Source: the human T2T-CHM13v2.0 reference genome, Homo sapiens. Taken from it: 64,000 nucleotides of DNA. Positions 26,256-38,804 of the stretch are shown here, in pieces. The DNA lies in the NCBI GenBank assembly GCA_009914755.4, contig CP068257.2:12000001-12064000 (forward strand). The letters run 5' to 3'. The translations under genes were made by a program, and so were the position numbers. The notes beneath the pieces were generated by a model. That model saw only the letters and a list, made by a program, of their open reading frames with translations. It was not told the DNA's origin and did no database searches. Within the stretch, counting starts at the first letter, position 1, and the number at the start of each line of letters is the position of its first letter.

Positions 26256-28529
26256 GCATTCTTAACTGTCTGTGCCTCTGCCGCCGCGGGGTAAAACTGC
26301 ACCATCTCAGGCAAGCCTAACAGAGCAGCTGTCCTTAAAAGATTCCCAGTTGAGTGTGGTTCGGAGCAGGCCTGAGAAGTGTGCCCTTAGTTGGCTTCAA
26401 GGGCTCTGGGCAGTGTTTAAGGAATCCAGCTGACCTCAGTTACTCCAAGCCCTTTTCCACTTGTTTTCTTCAGGCCTCCTTTCTTTGTGCCAGCATCAAT
26501 GGGTTTTTGGTTAAAGTTTTCAGCAGCTGCCTGCAGTTCCATTTTTCTTACCAGGTAAGAGACATAGCTTCATGAAAACAAAGGGAGAAGGCTTGTGACC
26601 AGAGAACTCCCAGTCCTCTCCCTGCATAGGAAAACTGGACTTCTCCGGAGGGCTCCAGCTCCTGGGCAAATCTCTAGGGCCACTTAATTGGGCTGTCCCC
26701 CACCTTTGTTTCTGGTTTTGGAGGGGCCAAGGTTGGGAATCCTTTCTAAGTCTCTACACATGGAGCCCTTCTTTGGTGGGATAGTCTTGACATATACCAG
26801 GATTCTCATTGACCTTTCAGAGCCTTCAAGAATCCTGAGCTGCTTTGGCTTCTGTTCCTGGAAGAGACGCAACTGAACTGCTCTGGAGCTGGAGTTCAGG
26901 TTCAAATATTCATCACTGTTACTAAGCCTTTACATAGCATGTGATTTCTTTCCGGCAGGCTCATGGTCACTTAGGTTTGCTTGTATGTAGATGGAGGGTC
27001 TGCATCCTCATTCAGGTAACACCCTCAGCCTTTCATGCTGAGATTAGCCATTTTATTTGTAACTCACTGTACAATCCATTTGCTCTTCCAGTGTCCCTTA
27101 GAAGGATGCAGAGTGTTCTGTAGAATGCCATAGAGACCTGGATTTAGGGAAAATATTTGACCAAAAGTCTGCCAACTCACATGAGTATCTCCCAACAACT
27201 TGTACAGTGCTAGTCTCTGGGTATATAGCAAATGAAACCGTGCCTGAGCAGATGTTACAAACACCCTCCCCTGAGAGACTCCAGGGCTGCTTTATTCAAG
27301 CAAAACGGTGTGCTCTAATAAGCTCAGTGTTGAGAGGAACAAGTTTTCATTCCAGCTTTCTCAAAAACTCCCTTTGTGACTTTAGACATAATAATAATAA
27401 CACTACCTAGGTAGTGAACACCTCTGCCAAGAAATATCATGATCATTACCTGAGTTGTAATTCTCACAGTAGTCCTGCAGGACAGCTGCTGTTACTGCTT
27501 ATTATGCAGATGGGCAACCTGAGGCTCAGATGGAGTTAAGTGGCTTAATTGGTAGCAACAGAGCCAGGATTTGAACCCAGGGCTGCCTGATCACCAAATA
27601 AAATTGTACTCAACATGATGCACTTAACTTTTCTGGCCTCATTTCTCTCACCTGTAAAAATGCAGGTTTCAGATGTTGGTAATATTTTACCTGTGGTTGA
27701 AAGAGTTACCAGCCCTTCCTTGATCACCCATGGTAAGACCCATGAGCCTCTGAATATAATTATAGAAAACATTTGGAGAGGGATAGAGAGAGACAAGATC
27801 ATGCCTCCTTTGATAATGTCAAATTTTCAGTGCACGAAGCCATACATAGTGCAGTTTTCTAGCTTCCCTTTCACACATGGCATTGAAGAAAGTAAATTAA
27901 GCAACTCAGCTAACACTGGGAATGCAGCAGAAGTAATCGAGTTCAGTGCTGGGAGACAGTTGCCATGATATTCCAACATGGACACCAGGATCACAGTCGA
28001 TGACTATGCCCTCCCTTGAAGATGGTGGCTTGCCTCTCTTTCTGTAAGCACATGTCATGTCATAACAATATTAAACAATTGAAAGTAATGTCCCCATCTT
28101 CTTCTACACTGCCTTTGAATTATTATTTTAGATCTGCCAAAATAAATTGCAAACTCATTAACAAGAAAGGGGGGGTGCATGCATCCCTGCCTTCCCGAGT
28201 AGTCTATTCACCCAAAGACAAAAGGGTGACCAGCCTCCATCTGGGATATTCAAAGACACAGTCACCTTGCCATGCAGCCTGAGGCCAATCCCCTTTTTAA
28301 GAAGCTTGTTAGATGAGCTCCTTAAACATACAACCACAAAGGAAAAGCACAGCTGGTGTGAGCGAGGCTGATAAAATGGGCATTTTGTCTGCTTCAAGGT
28401 TAGAATGCAACTTGTCTATCAAAATGTGGTTATCTGACCTCCACAATGCTGCAGTCCAGCTAAATCATGCAAATATTCATCCACCATTTACTATGGATAA
28501 AACAATAATGTGCTGTGGGGAATCCAATT

Positions 28530-28576
28530 ACACACACACACACAAAAGTGCACACACACATGCATGCACACACACT
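28530..28576. repeat. CA-rich imperfect microsatellite
   Basis: cacacacacacacaaaagtgcacacacacatgcatgcacacacac. Confidence 0.8.
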
Positions 28577-30454
28577 GCTCCTGCTGTCTCAGAGGTTCCA
28601 GGCTGGCAAGGAAGAAGTGCAAACATTAGTAGGTAAGTCCACTAGCAGGAGGAATGTGATAAGTAGATCCAACAGGGTACAACACAGTATGATAGAAGCA
28701 AACAAGGTAGAAATGAGTTCTGACTTCCTTTCACTTATGAAACTGATTATGGAATAGTGTATGAAAGGCTTGCCTGAATGAATCTCATATTTTCCAAGTG
28801 TTTTCTATCCCAGCGATTGGAACTTTCATTCATTTATACCATTGTCCAAAAGGAAAATACAGGAGATTTTCCTAAGACCATCCTCTGTCTTATCGCTCAT
28901 ATCATATCCCCAAACATCACCAAGCCCTGCCCACTTTTACCTACTCAGTTTCTCTCCAGTTGTTCTGTTTTCTCCATATGCACTAGTGGTACCTTGGCTA
29001 CATGAAGACCACCAGCAGCAGCTGGGACAACCAGCACCCTGTGGAACTGCACAGCATGCATAGAATACGTCCTCCCTTCAGTTGGCTTGGGTCAGCTTAG
29101 GTCATGGGCCACTTGGACTGATAGCAGTTTCCACAGAAATGCCTCAAGATGGTAGAATAATCCAGATCTCTTTGCATGGGGCATGGTGTGGCTATCTGAG
29201 AAAATCCTGGCTTTTATAGGAAGGAGAAAGAAGAATGCTTCTTGAGGGGAAGAAACCAACAGGAATGTGCCTCAGGGAAATGTCACCAGAGGAGAGTGAG
29301 CTGTAATAAGTATTTTGGCAGATTGCATGTTTCTTGTGTTCCTTGGCCCTGCACAGAGCTACCGTTTACTCATTTGACAAATATTTGAGTAGTAGACTCC
29401 AGGGTTCAATAGTGAGCAAACATGCACAGAATTTCTTCTCTAGTGGAGCTGAGAGTCTAACAGAAAGAGCTGACATTAGTCACAGAATTATGTAATAAGG
29501 GAAAGTTCAGCAGACCCAGGGGTGCTACAAGAGCCTGGGAAGGCGGACTGACCCCAAGAGGGAGGCAGGAAAGGTTGCCCCCAGGAAGTAGCACTTGAGC
29601 TACAATCAGGGAGAAAACTAGGCAAAGACACAGCATTCAGGAGAAGGTAGAAGCTGGCCCATGAGGATGGTGGTGTGGAGAGGTGAACCAATACCCAGGT
29701 CTTGGATTTATTGTTGAGCTGCTGAATTAACCAGTGCTGGCTCTCTCCCAACCTCTGCACTTCTTTTTTGCAAGGTTATATATTTTTTTATTTAAAAGCT
29801 AGTATGAGTTGGGATCTGTTGCTTTTCTGAGACCCCATCCTGTGAGGTAAACAGGGGGCCTCACTGTACTCTGGGGAAGCTAAAGATGGAGAACAGTTTT
29901 AGAGTGCCTGGAGAAGAGGCCCTTTAATAGATCATTTAAGAAGAGGGTGCTACCGCTAGACTGCCCAGATTCACTTTCTGGCTTTGTGACCTTGGGCTCT
30001 CTGTGTCTGTTTTCCAATCTGAAAAATGAAATAATGATAGTATCTGCCTCTGCCTGCAAGACCCTGACCTATCAGACCAACTACCTTTTCACTAGAACTC
30101 TCTTCCTGCACTGTACCCCAACTGGACCCTCATTAACACTTAAAATGGGCATGTTTCCCTTTTCTAGATTTTGCTCAAGACATTTCCCTCATCAGAATTA
30201 ACTTTGGTCCATCTCCCTCTATTGAAATTCAACCCATTCTCCAGAAATCAGTTCAAATTTTATCACCAGAAAGCCTCTCTCAATTATACCAAGCCTCTTT
30301 TATACTTTGTGCCATTTCTGCCATGATTTCTTATGTTTTCCTTTTTCACTACATATTGGTATAGGTACATATGATCTCCACTTCCACTCAAATGTGAGGT
30401 TACTGAGGGCAATCCCTATGGGTATAGTCATATCCCAAGAGTCCTGGGCAGAGG

Positions 30455-30730
30455 GTGTCCCTCTTTCACCCAGGTTGGAGTGCAGTGGTGCGACCAGAGC
30501 TTACTGCAGCCTTGACCTCCTGGGTTCAAATGATCCTCTCACCTTAGCCTTTCCAGTAGCTGGTACTAAAAGGCGGGCACCACCATGCTTGGCTAATTTT
30601 CATATTTTTCATAGAGATGGGGTTCCACCACGTTGCCTTGCTTGGTCTCAAAGTTCTGAGCTCAAGCAATCCACCTGCCTCGGCCTCTCAACATCCTGGA
30701 ATGACAGCATGAGCTACCACACCTGGCCAA
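30455..30730 (-). mobile_element. Alu SINE (antisense)
   Basis: caggttggagtgcagtggtgcgaccagagcttactgcagccttgacctcctgggttcaaatgatcctc...catgagctaccacacctggcc. Confidence 0.9.
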
Positions 30731-32143
30731 ATGCCGAATACTTTAGTCATATATGCCTGACACTTCCAGGGCATGCAGAACTGCCTCGCTTACTTTTCTT
30801 TTGACACAGTTAATAAATTTTCTTAATTTAAATTTTAATTTCAACATGTATACATCTTTGAAATAAATAAAATAATCTCTTTGAATGTTTGGCATAATGT
30901 AGAAGAAATTGACAAATGGATATCTTTACTTCATTTTCCATCTCAAAATGTGGTAGAAATATGCTCCCCTAAAGTGATCCCAATTATTACATAGCCATCT
31001 TGCTGTGGTTAATGTAGAATCTTTTTGCAATATCACATTCATGACAGGGCACATCCAAGAAACATTTAAGTGAAGATAATACTAGATTCTTGAAAGTATC
31101 TAGACACTTAAGAGCAGGTAGTGATGATGTTAATTAACAGTAACAATGTCGAGGGACTGGCTTTTGCCCTTCCCTAATAAACATAAACAGCATAGAAACT
31201 CAGCAAATTTGCTCTTATTTTCTTCATTATTTGGTTGTTGAATCAGTAAATGCTTTCCACAGGGGTCATCTTGTTAGTCATCTTGTCATTTTGCTGTGTC
31301 CCTTCTTCATCCTTGCACTTTTTCCTTTCTCTCATTTTGGCATGTATTGAGAGGAGTGTTATGTTGATGGAATGCCCTATCCTGACTTGCCATCTGATTA
31401 GAACTTCCCTCAATTTTTAAAATGCTTCTTGAAATGGTTTGGATTTGTGCACCCCCCATCCCCAATCTCATGTGGAATTGTAATTGCCAGTGTTGGAGGA
31501 GAGGCTTAGTGGAAGGTGTTTGCATCATGGAGGTGGTTTCTAATGGTTTAGCCTCATCACCCTAGTGCTGTCTGATGATAAAGTTCTCCCAAGATCTGCT
31601 TGTTTAAAAAGTGTGTAGCACCTCCCCTGACTCGTTTCAGCCATGTGAATATGTGCTTGCTTCCTTTTCACCTCTGCCATGATCGTAAGTTTCCTGAGGC
31701 CTCCCTATAAGCATAAGTCTGTACAGCCCACAGAACTGTGAGCCAATTCAATCTCTTTTCTTTTTCAATTACCCATTCTCAGGTATGTCTTTATAGCAGT
31801 GTGAGACAGACTAATACACTCCTCCTCAGAAAGCATTCAATTTAGCTGTGTCTAAAGGTATGCCAGCTGTCCTGGGGCATTATCTTAGCCAATCATTCTT
31901 CCTCTTCAGCAAGATCTATTTGCCTATCACAGCTTGACCTGCAGTTCCTGCCATACTTGTCAGTAACAAGTAGCCTATAATATCTGGAGGGATTTCATTG
32001 AAATCACAGAGGTTCCTTGGCTCTTTACTTTATTAACAGGCATTAGGAAAGCACATCGACTTTCTTATTTAATAAAATGCCTGTTGCTTTGAAAAATTGC
32101 TCAAAAGAAGAAAAGAGAGGGTTACTTAAAGATATCACTATAG

Positions 32144-32460
32144 GCATGGCATGCTGGTCCACACCTGTAATCCAAGTACTTTGGGAGGCTGAGGAGAGAG
32201 GATCACTTGAGTCCAGAAGTTCAATACCAGCCTAGGTGACATGGCAAAACCCCATCTTTACAAAACAAAACAAAATAGAAAAAATATTCAGGCACAGTGG
32301 CATGTGCTTGTATTCCCAGTTACTCAGGAGACTGAAGTGGGAGAATCACTGAGCCCAGGGAGGTTGAGGCTGCAGTGAGCCATGATCGTGCTGCCCCTCT
32401 CCAATCTGGGTGACAGAGCAAGACCCTGTCTCAAAAAAAAAAAAAAAAAAAAAAAAAAAG
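32144..32460 (+). mobile_element. Alu SINE (sense) with long poly(A)
   Basis: ggcatggcatgctggtccacacctgtaatccaagtactttgggaggctgagg...gcaagaccctgtctcaaaaaaaaaaaaaaaaaaaaaaaaaa. Confidence 0.9.
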
Positions 32461-33194
32461 GCTATCACTATACTATCTATAACTATTCTTAATTAGGATA
32501 ACTAGGTATTTTCCAACAGTGGAAACTCCAAACAGACTAAATTGTTGTACATCAAGGTGAATTGTCATAGTTAATTCCTTTGCTTGCAACTGTCCAATAA
32601 ATGGATGAGGACTCACTTCACCAATAAATAAGAAATGTGAACAGCACATGGGGCCTGTAGATGCCTTTTGCAGGGCCCTCTTTTTCTCTTCCTAAAGTTG
32701 CAATTTGCGTGTTTCTGTAGATGGGCACATCATAGAAACTGTCATCCTAGATCAGAGCCTGGAGAGAGAGATACAAGTGTCATGCTTACATATGCAGAGT
32801 GGGAACAAGCCCAGAGAAATCAAGATGATTAAGCAGAAAGTTTCCATACTGGAGATAAACCAGCTGTGTAAAAAATCATGCTTATTGAACAAAAAAGCAT
32901 TGCACAGCTGAAATAACTGCTTTAACTAAGAAGTGAAGAACTGACACCTGAACAGAGCACAGATAGCCACACAGACAGGAGCTGCATTTCAAACAAGGTC
33001 ATTGCTGTTGTCCCCACTCCAAATTAAGTGTCTCTGCTTCACCCTTCCTTACCAAAGTTCTGCTTGATCATCCTTTTGTTTTGTTTTGTTTTGTTTTTTG
33101 TACTTCACTTCTTTGAGAAAATATAAACCAAAATTTTACATGAAACAGGAATTCGGCTTTTGACAATGTTAGCCATTGAAACAACAACAAAAAA

Positions 33195-33380
33195 AGTTTC
33201 TATTATTTCTCATCTCTGTGCTATCCAGTGCAGTAGCCAATAGCCACAGGTGACTATTAAAATTAAAATTAATTCAAATAAAACAAAATTTAACATTAGC
33301 TGGTCAGTTGTACTAGCCACATCTCAATTACTCAATAGCCACATGTGGCTAGTGGCTACTGAACTAGGCAGCATGAATGT
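33195..33380. mobile_element. Possible hAT-type DNA transposon fragment (MER5-like): internal inverted repeat around ccacatgtggctagtggctact
   Basis: Palindromic agccacaggtgact...agccacatgtggctagtggctactgaac resembles a nonautonomous DNA-transposon family I recall as MER5. Not verifiable here. Confidence 0.3.
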
Positions 33381-34522
33381 AGAACATTTTCATCATCATA
33401 GCTTTCTAGGTCATGGAAAAATTGCAGAACTCAATTTCCAGTGTGCACATTTATTTGCATGCCTAGGAGCTTTCTGACCCTGTGTTGAGCTGCCTAACCA
33501 GCTTCCTGATTGACCTCCTGATATTTCTGCAAATGTGGACTAAGAGGCCAGGAGTCCTCAGGGCCCAGGTGACTCAGGTTATTCAGTAATTATGTTTGGA
33601 CTAGCAGGCCTCTACTTAATTTGGGATGCAAAAGGGGACTTCTCTTCCTAATTGCTAAAATAGCTTTTCAAGGTTCACCTCTCATCGTGGTAAGAGTCTC
33701 ATTTCCTGAGACTCTTATTTCTTTCCATGACTTATGTTATATTCTGGAGAGAGTGGATTCACATGGAAAAGCTGGCTCTGTGCTGGTTTTCCAGGGGTCA
33801 GCCCTCTTGTGAGTGACAAGTCTGCCTATTTACATGATGTACATTGTGTCCCACTACTGGTAATAGAAGCTCAGCAGCTGATTGACTGTTAGGTTATTTT
33901 CAAAGCTCAATATTCACAATAATCTAACAGACACCCACACAACCACAAAGACAGACAAGGCTCTCATAACCTGCAAAAGACAAGGTGCACATTTCTTCTT
34001 TCCATCCCAGCAACAAATTGCCAACCCAGCCAGCACTTAAGTTGGGGTAAAAATTAATTAAAAGAAGAATCTACCAATGTAGATAAAAGAACAAAAAAGC
34101 TATTGCAGCTGTCTTCTCCATAACAGAGGCCTGTGATTTGAATTTTAATGTTTCAATCTACTTTCTGCTCTTGTGTTTATTTTATTATTTATTTTTTGTC
34201 ACTATCTCTTATTTGTAGATACAAATTTTTCACATTTAAAAGCTATTTTAAATATAATCTTTAAAAGGAGAAACATTATTTTTTTTAATTGCACAAAATA
34301 CTGAAGGTGAGATCCACTGATTGGAATGCAAAATGGGACAATATCTCTGGAAGCAATTTTATCCAGATAAATCAATAGCTTTAAAACAATTCAAAACCTT
34401 GGACCTAATACCTCTACTTCTAGGAAGCTAGCCTATGAAGGTTTCTGCTGAAGGATGTTTATCACAGTATTATTTATAATGCAAAAAAGCCAAAGAGGAG
34501 ACCTGAAATGTTTCAAAGATGA

Positions 34523-34830
<308 letters not shown>

Positions 34831-35178
34831 ATAAACAACGTATTTAAACACTAGAATATTATGCAAAAATTCCAGGCATGCTTTGGAAAAACTATTAATC
34901 CCACAAAAGATGCTTATGTTATTATACAGACTAAGAGACCAAGATTCTCCAGGACACTTACTGTGTTACATGTCTGAAGTACAATATAATGCTGTATATA
35001 AAATGTGACCTCAACTCAGGCCCCAGTCTTTTCATCTGGAAAATTCTATTAATTATACTGCCCTTCCCCTTTTTAGATTTTCTGTAGGAGTTAAATACAA
35101 TACACTTTGTCAATTGCTTAACACCATGCTCAACACTGGTCAGAGAGATATAAATGTCAGCTATTGTACTATGTGCCA

Positions 35179-35236
35179 AAAAAAAAAAAAAAAACCACAC
35201 AGACAGACACACACACACACACACAAAGACACACAT
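35179..35236. repeat. poly(A) + (CA)n-like low-complexity tract
   Basis: aaaaaaaaaaaaaaaaccacacagacagacacacacacacacacacaaagacacacat. Confidence 0.8.
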
Positions 35237-35435
35237 GGAGGGAGAGGAAGTAAAGATTAGAAAGCAGCACATAATGTTATGGTAGGCAATGGGACCACTA
35301 ATGATTTTCATATTCTTTTTTATTTTCTTCTTTATACTGCTTACATTTTTCAGTGTATACAATGAGCATGTATTACTTCTGTAACCAGAAGAATGTGGTA
35401 TAAACCTCACCTTAATATAATAAAACAAAATTACT

Positions 35436-35775
<340 letters not shown>

Positions 35776-37523
35776 TTATTACTTAGATCCCACATGCTGT
35801 CTTGGAGCCATTGTAGCATTGCAGGATTCAAGAGACTGGAGAGACCAATGGATGAGACAGGAGGATTTTATTAAAGTGGCCACTGGCCTAGTGGATTCGC
35901 ATCCAAAAGGCTGAGCTCCGAACAAAGATGGGGCCTGGTTTTTAAGCATGCAGCTGCGTGAAACTCACAGGGCGGGATGGCAAGCTTATAGAAGCAGAAC
36001 AAAGGCAGTTAATCAAACAGTGACAGGTGTATGACTCAAACATGCCTGGTGACCTCTGCTGGGCTGCCCAGCAGGCTCTCAGTGGATGGTCACTATTTTA
36101 GGCTTGCTCAGGCATGTCTTGTGACCTTCTCAGTGTTGCACAGATGGAAAACAGGAACTTACAAAATCCTTACAAACTTACAGAAATAGTTACAAAAATA
36201 ATTATGAGAGCAGAGCAAAGACATACTGGCCTAGGAAAGAATCTCAAAGGGGGAAGCTGATAAGAAGAACTTATTTTTCTCATCCCCGTTCCTGGAGTCC
36301 GTTCCTTCTGTGCTCTGCTTGACCTTGTACATAAAGTTAGCTTAGTCTTAGCAGGGCCTTGGAGTGAGTCAGCCTGGTACAGGCAGGAATTTAGGTTTTT
36401 CTCCTTTTAATTTCTGCTTTTGTAAGCCAGGGTTCTGATTGTCACTGCTGAGAAAGTAAAGTGTGTTCAGGCTGTCCATGGTTCTGGGCTCCCTTGGGTC
36501 TCTGAGGAGGATTGTCCCCTCCATCACAGAGAATATCAGGACACTAGCCTGTTCCTAGTTATACTTACACACTCTTCTCATGTTGTCTATGGAGTGGAGG
36601 CTGCAGGGAGGGTGACATCCTAGTTAGTCCCAAGTGCCAGACTGCCTGAAGCTCACTGTTAACAAGTCCTGCCTTGGAGAAGAAGGAAGGGTGTCTTTGT
36701 GAACCTCCCACCTGGGCCAAAGGGAGGCCACTCTCTCCTCTGCTTCTCCCCAACCTTGGTCTTCTGCACTCCTAGTGAACCTCTCACCCCCTGCCTACAG
36801 GCCTGGAATCTCAAGACCATGATGGCCTCTCATCACCCCTGAATCCAGAGCTTTCCCTTTACAAAGGGGAAACTGAGACCTGGAGCAGGGCTGATGTTCA
36901 GCCAGTGCACAAGGGAATAGATGAATTGGTGGTGAAATACTGAAATAGTTCCAGGGTGGATGGAAAGGGGCCGCTGCCCTGAACATCTCTACCCCCCACC
37001 TCAGCCCGTCCTCCAGGACCCTGGGTCAGCACCAGGAGCATCAAAGTGGCCAGGATTGGCTGAAGCCCATGCTAATGGCTCTGCCAGCTCTTCTCCCCAC
37101 TAGAGAGGGCAGGGGAATTCAGGCCATCTGGAGGTAGCGCTGTGACCGTGTATGCAGTAGTCAAACCTTGTGTGCCACCATCCCTGACTTTGTTGATAAG
37201 GGCATCAGGCTACATCCCTCGGGTACTCAGTGGTAAGCATCTAAAATCTTAAAGAAAAAATTTAAAAAGCTTTCAAAATATAGGACTTAACATATAAGCC
37301 TGCATAAACATCTCTTTAGCAGTTGTCCAACTGGTGCTTCTGGTTCTGCCTCCCCAGAGAGTGGATGACCTGGGCCACCCTCCACCACTGCCCCGTAAGG
37401 CCACTGGACACGCAGCCCATCAGTTCTCTTCACGTGGTCATCCCCCTTTAGATGGGAGAAAATACACCTGCCTCATTTTTGTACCTTCTGTGTGGACATT
37501 CCATGACAGAGCTTCACTAAATG

Positions 37524-37590
37524 TATGATGAAGAACTGAATGAATGAATGAATGAATGAATGAATGAATATGAGAGCAAATGAATGAATG
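37524..37590. repeat. (GAAT)n/(TGAA)n microsatellite
   Basis: tgaatgaatgaatgaatgaatgaatgaatgaatat...aatgaatgaatgg. Confidence 0.9.
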
Positions 37591-38526
37591 GCTCAGATCC
37601 TGGGCTGGAAGGCTGTGTATGAGGATGGTGGGTAGAGGAGGGTCTGTTTTTCTTGCCTTTAAGTCATTACTTGTCATTTTGGGGCAGGAGCACAGGCTTT
37701 GAATGCCGACTGACTGGACTTTAATCCTGGCTTTACTAGCTGTGATTGTGTGACCTCGTACATGTTACTTAAACCCTCTGTGCCTGTTTCTTTATCTGTA
37801 AAATGGAGACAATAAGATGACAAAGGACTGTGGTAAGAATTAAATGCTTTAAAAAAATCGCAGTTTGTATTAAGTCCTCAATAGATTGGGTTTAGCATCA
37901 TGAGTGCATGTGTTTCTGCAGCAATGCTCATCTTGGGCTGGATGGTACCTACACAGAGAAAGACTCTGGCCTCTTCTCACCCACATGTATCTGTCTTATG
38001 CCTGGTTCCCATTCCCAGATCCTTGGAAGATCCATATTGCTGAAATGGTGAAGGGTGATGGGCACCTCAGGACAACTAAGCGGCTCCCCAAACATCTTCC
38101 CCCTCCCAAACTCTCCTGTGGTCTTTAGCATTTAACAGGAATCTCTCGACACTCTCAAGGGGTGATCTTCTCATGGAAGACCAGTGGGGAGGAGGCTGCA
38201 GGAAAGGTCAGGCACTGTGCACTTACTTCCCTGACAGCTGCAAGTGGTTCTGTTTCCAAGCCCATGGGTCACTATGAATAAGGCAAGTTATATGACATAA
38301 TAATGTGATTCTTTGGTGCCTCAGTCCACACTGGCACTTTAATACTCCTAGAGTGGATTGCATGGTGGTCTATCAAAAGATATGTCTACCTGGAACTTGT
38401 GAATGTGCCTTTATTTGGAAAACAATCTGCAGATGTAATTAAATCCAGCACCTTGAGATGAGGGCATCTCATCTTGGATTAGGATGGGCCCTAAATCCAA
38501 TGACAAGTATCCTTATAAGAAAAGCG

Positions 38527-38804
38527 GCAGGTAGGGCAGAGTGGCTCAAACATATAATCCCACCACTGAGGAAGGTCAAGTTGGGAGGATCGCTTGAACT
38601 CCAGGCGTTCAAGACCTGCCTGGGCAACATGGTAAGACCCTGTCTCTCCAAAATATATATAAAATATAACAGCCAGGCATGATGGCACCTGCCTGTAGTC
38701 CCAGCTACCAGCTAATCAGGAGGCTGAGGTGACAGCATACCTTGAATCTGGGAGATTGAGGCTTCAGTGAGCTGTGATCATGACACTGCCCTCCAGCCTG
38801 GGTG
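38527..38804 (+). mobile_element. Alu SINE (sense), 3'-truncated exactly at the start of the ~300-bp tandem array
   Basis: ggcaggtagggcagagtggctcaaacatataatcccaccactgaggaaggtc...gagctgtgatcatgacactgccctccagcctgggtg, then GC-rich array sequence with no A-tail. Confidence 0.85.
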
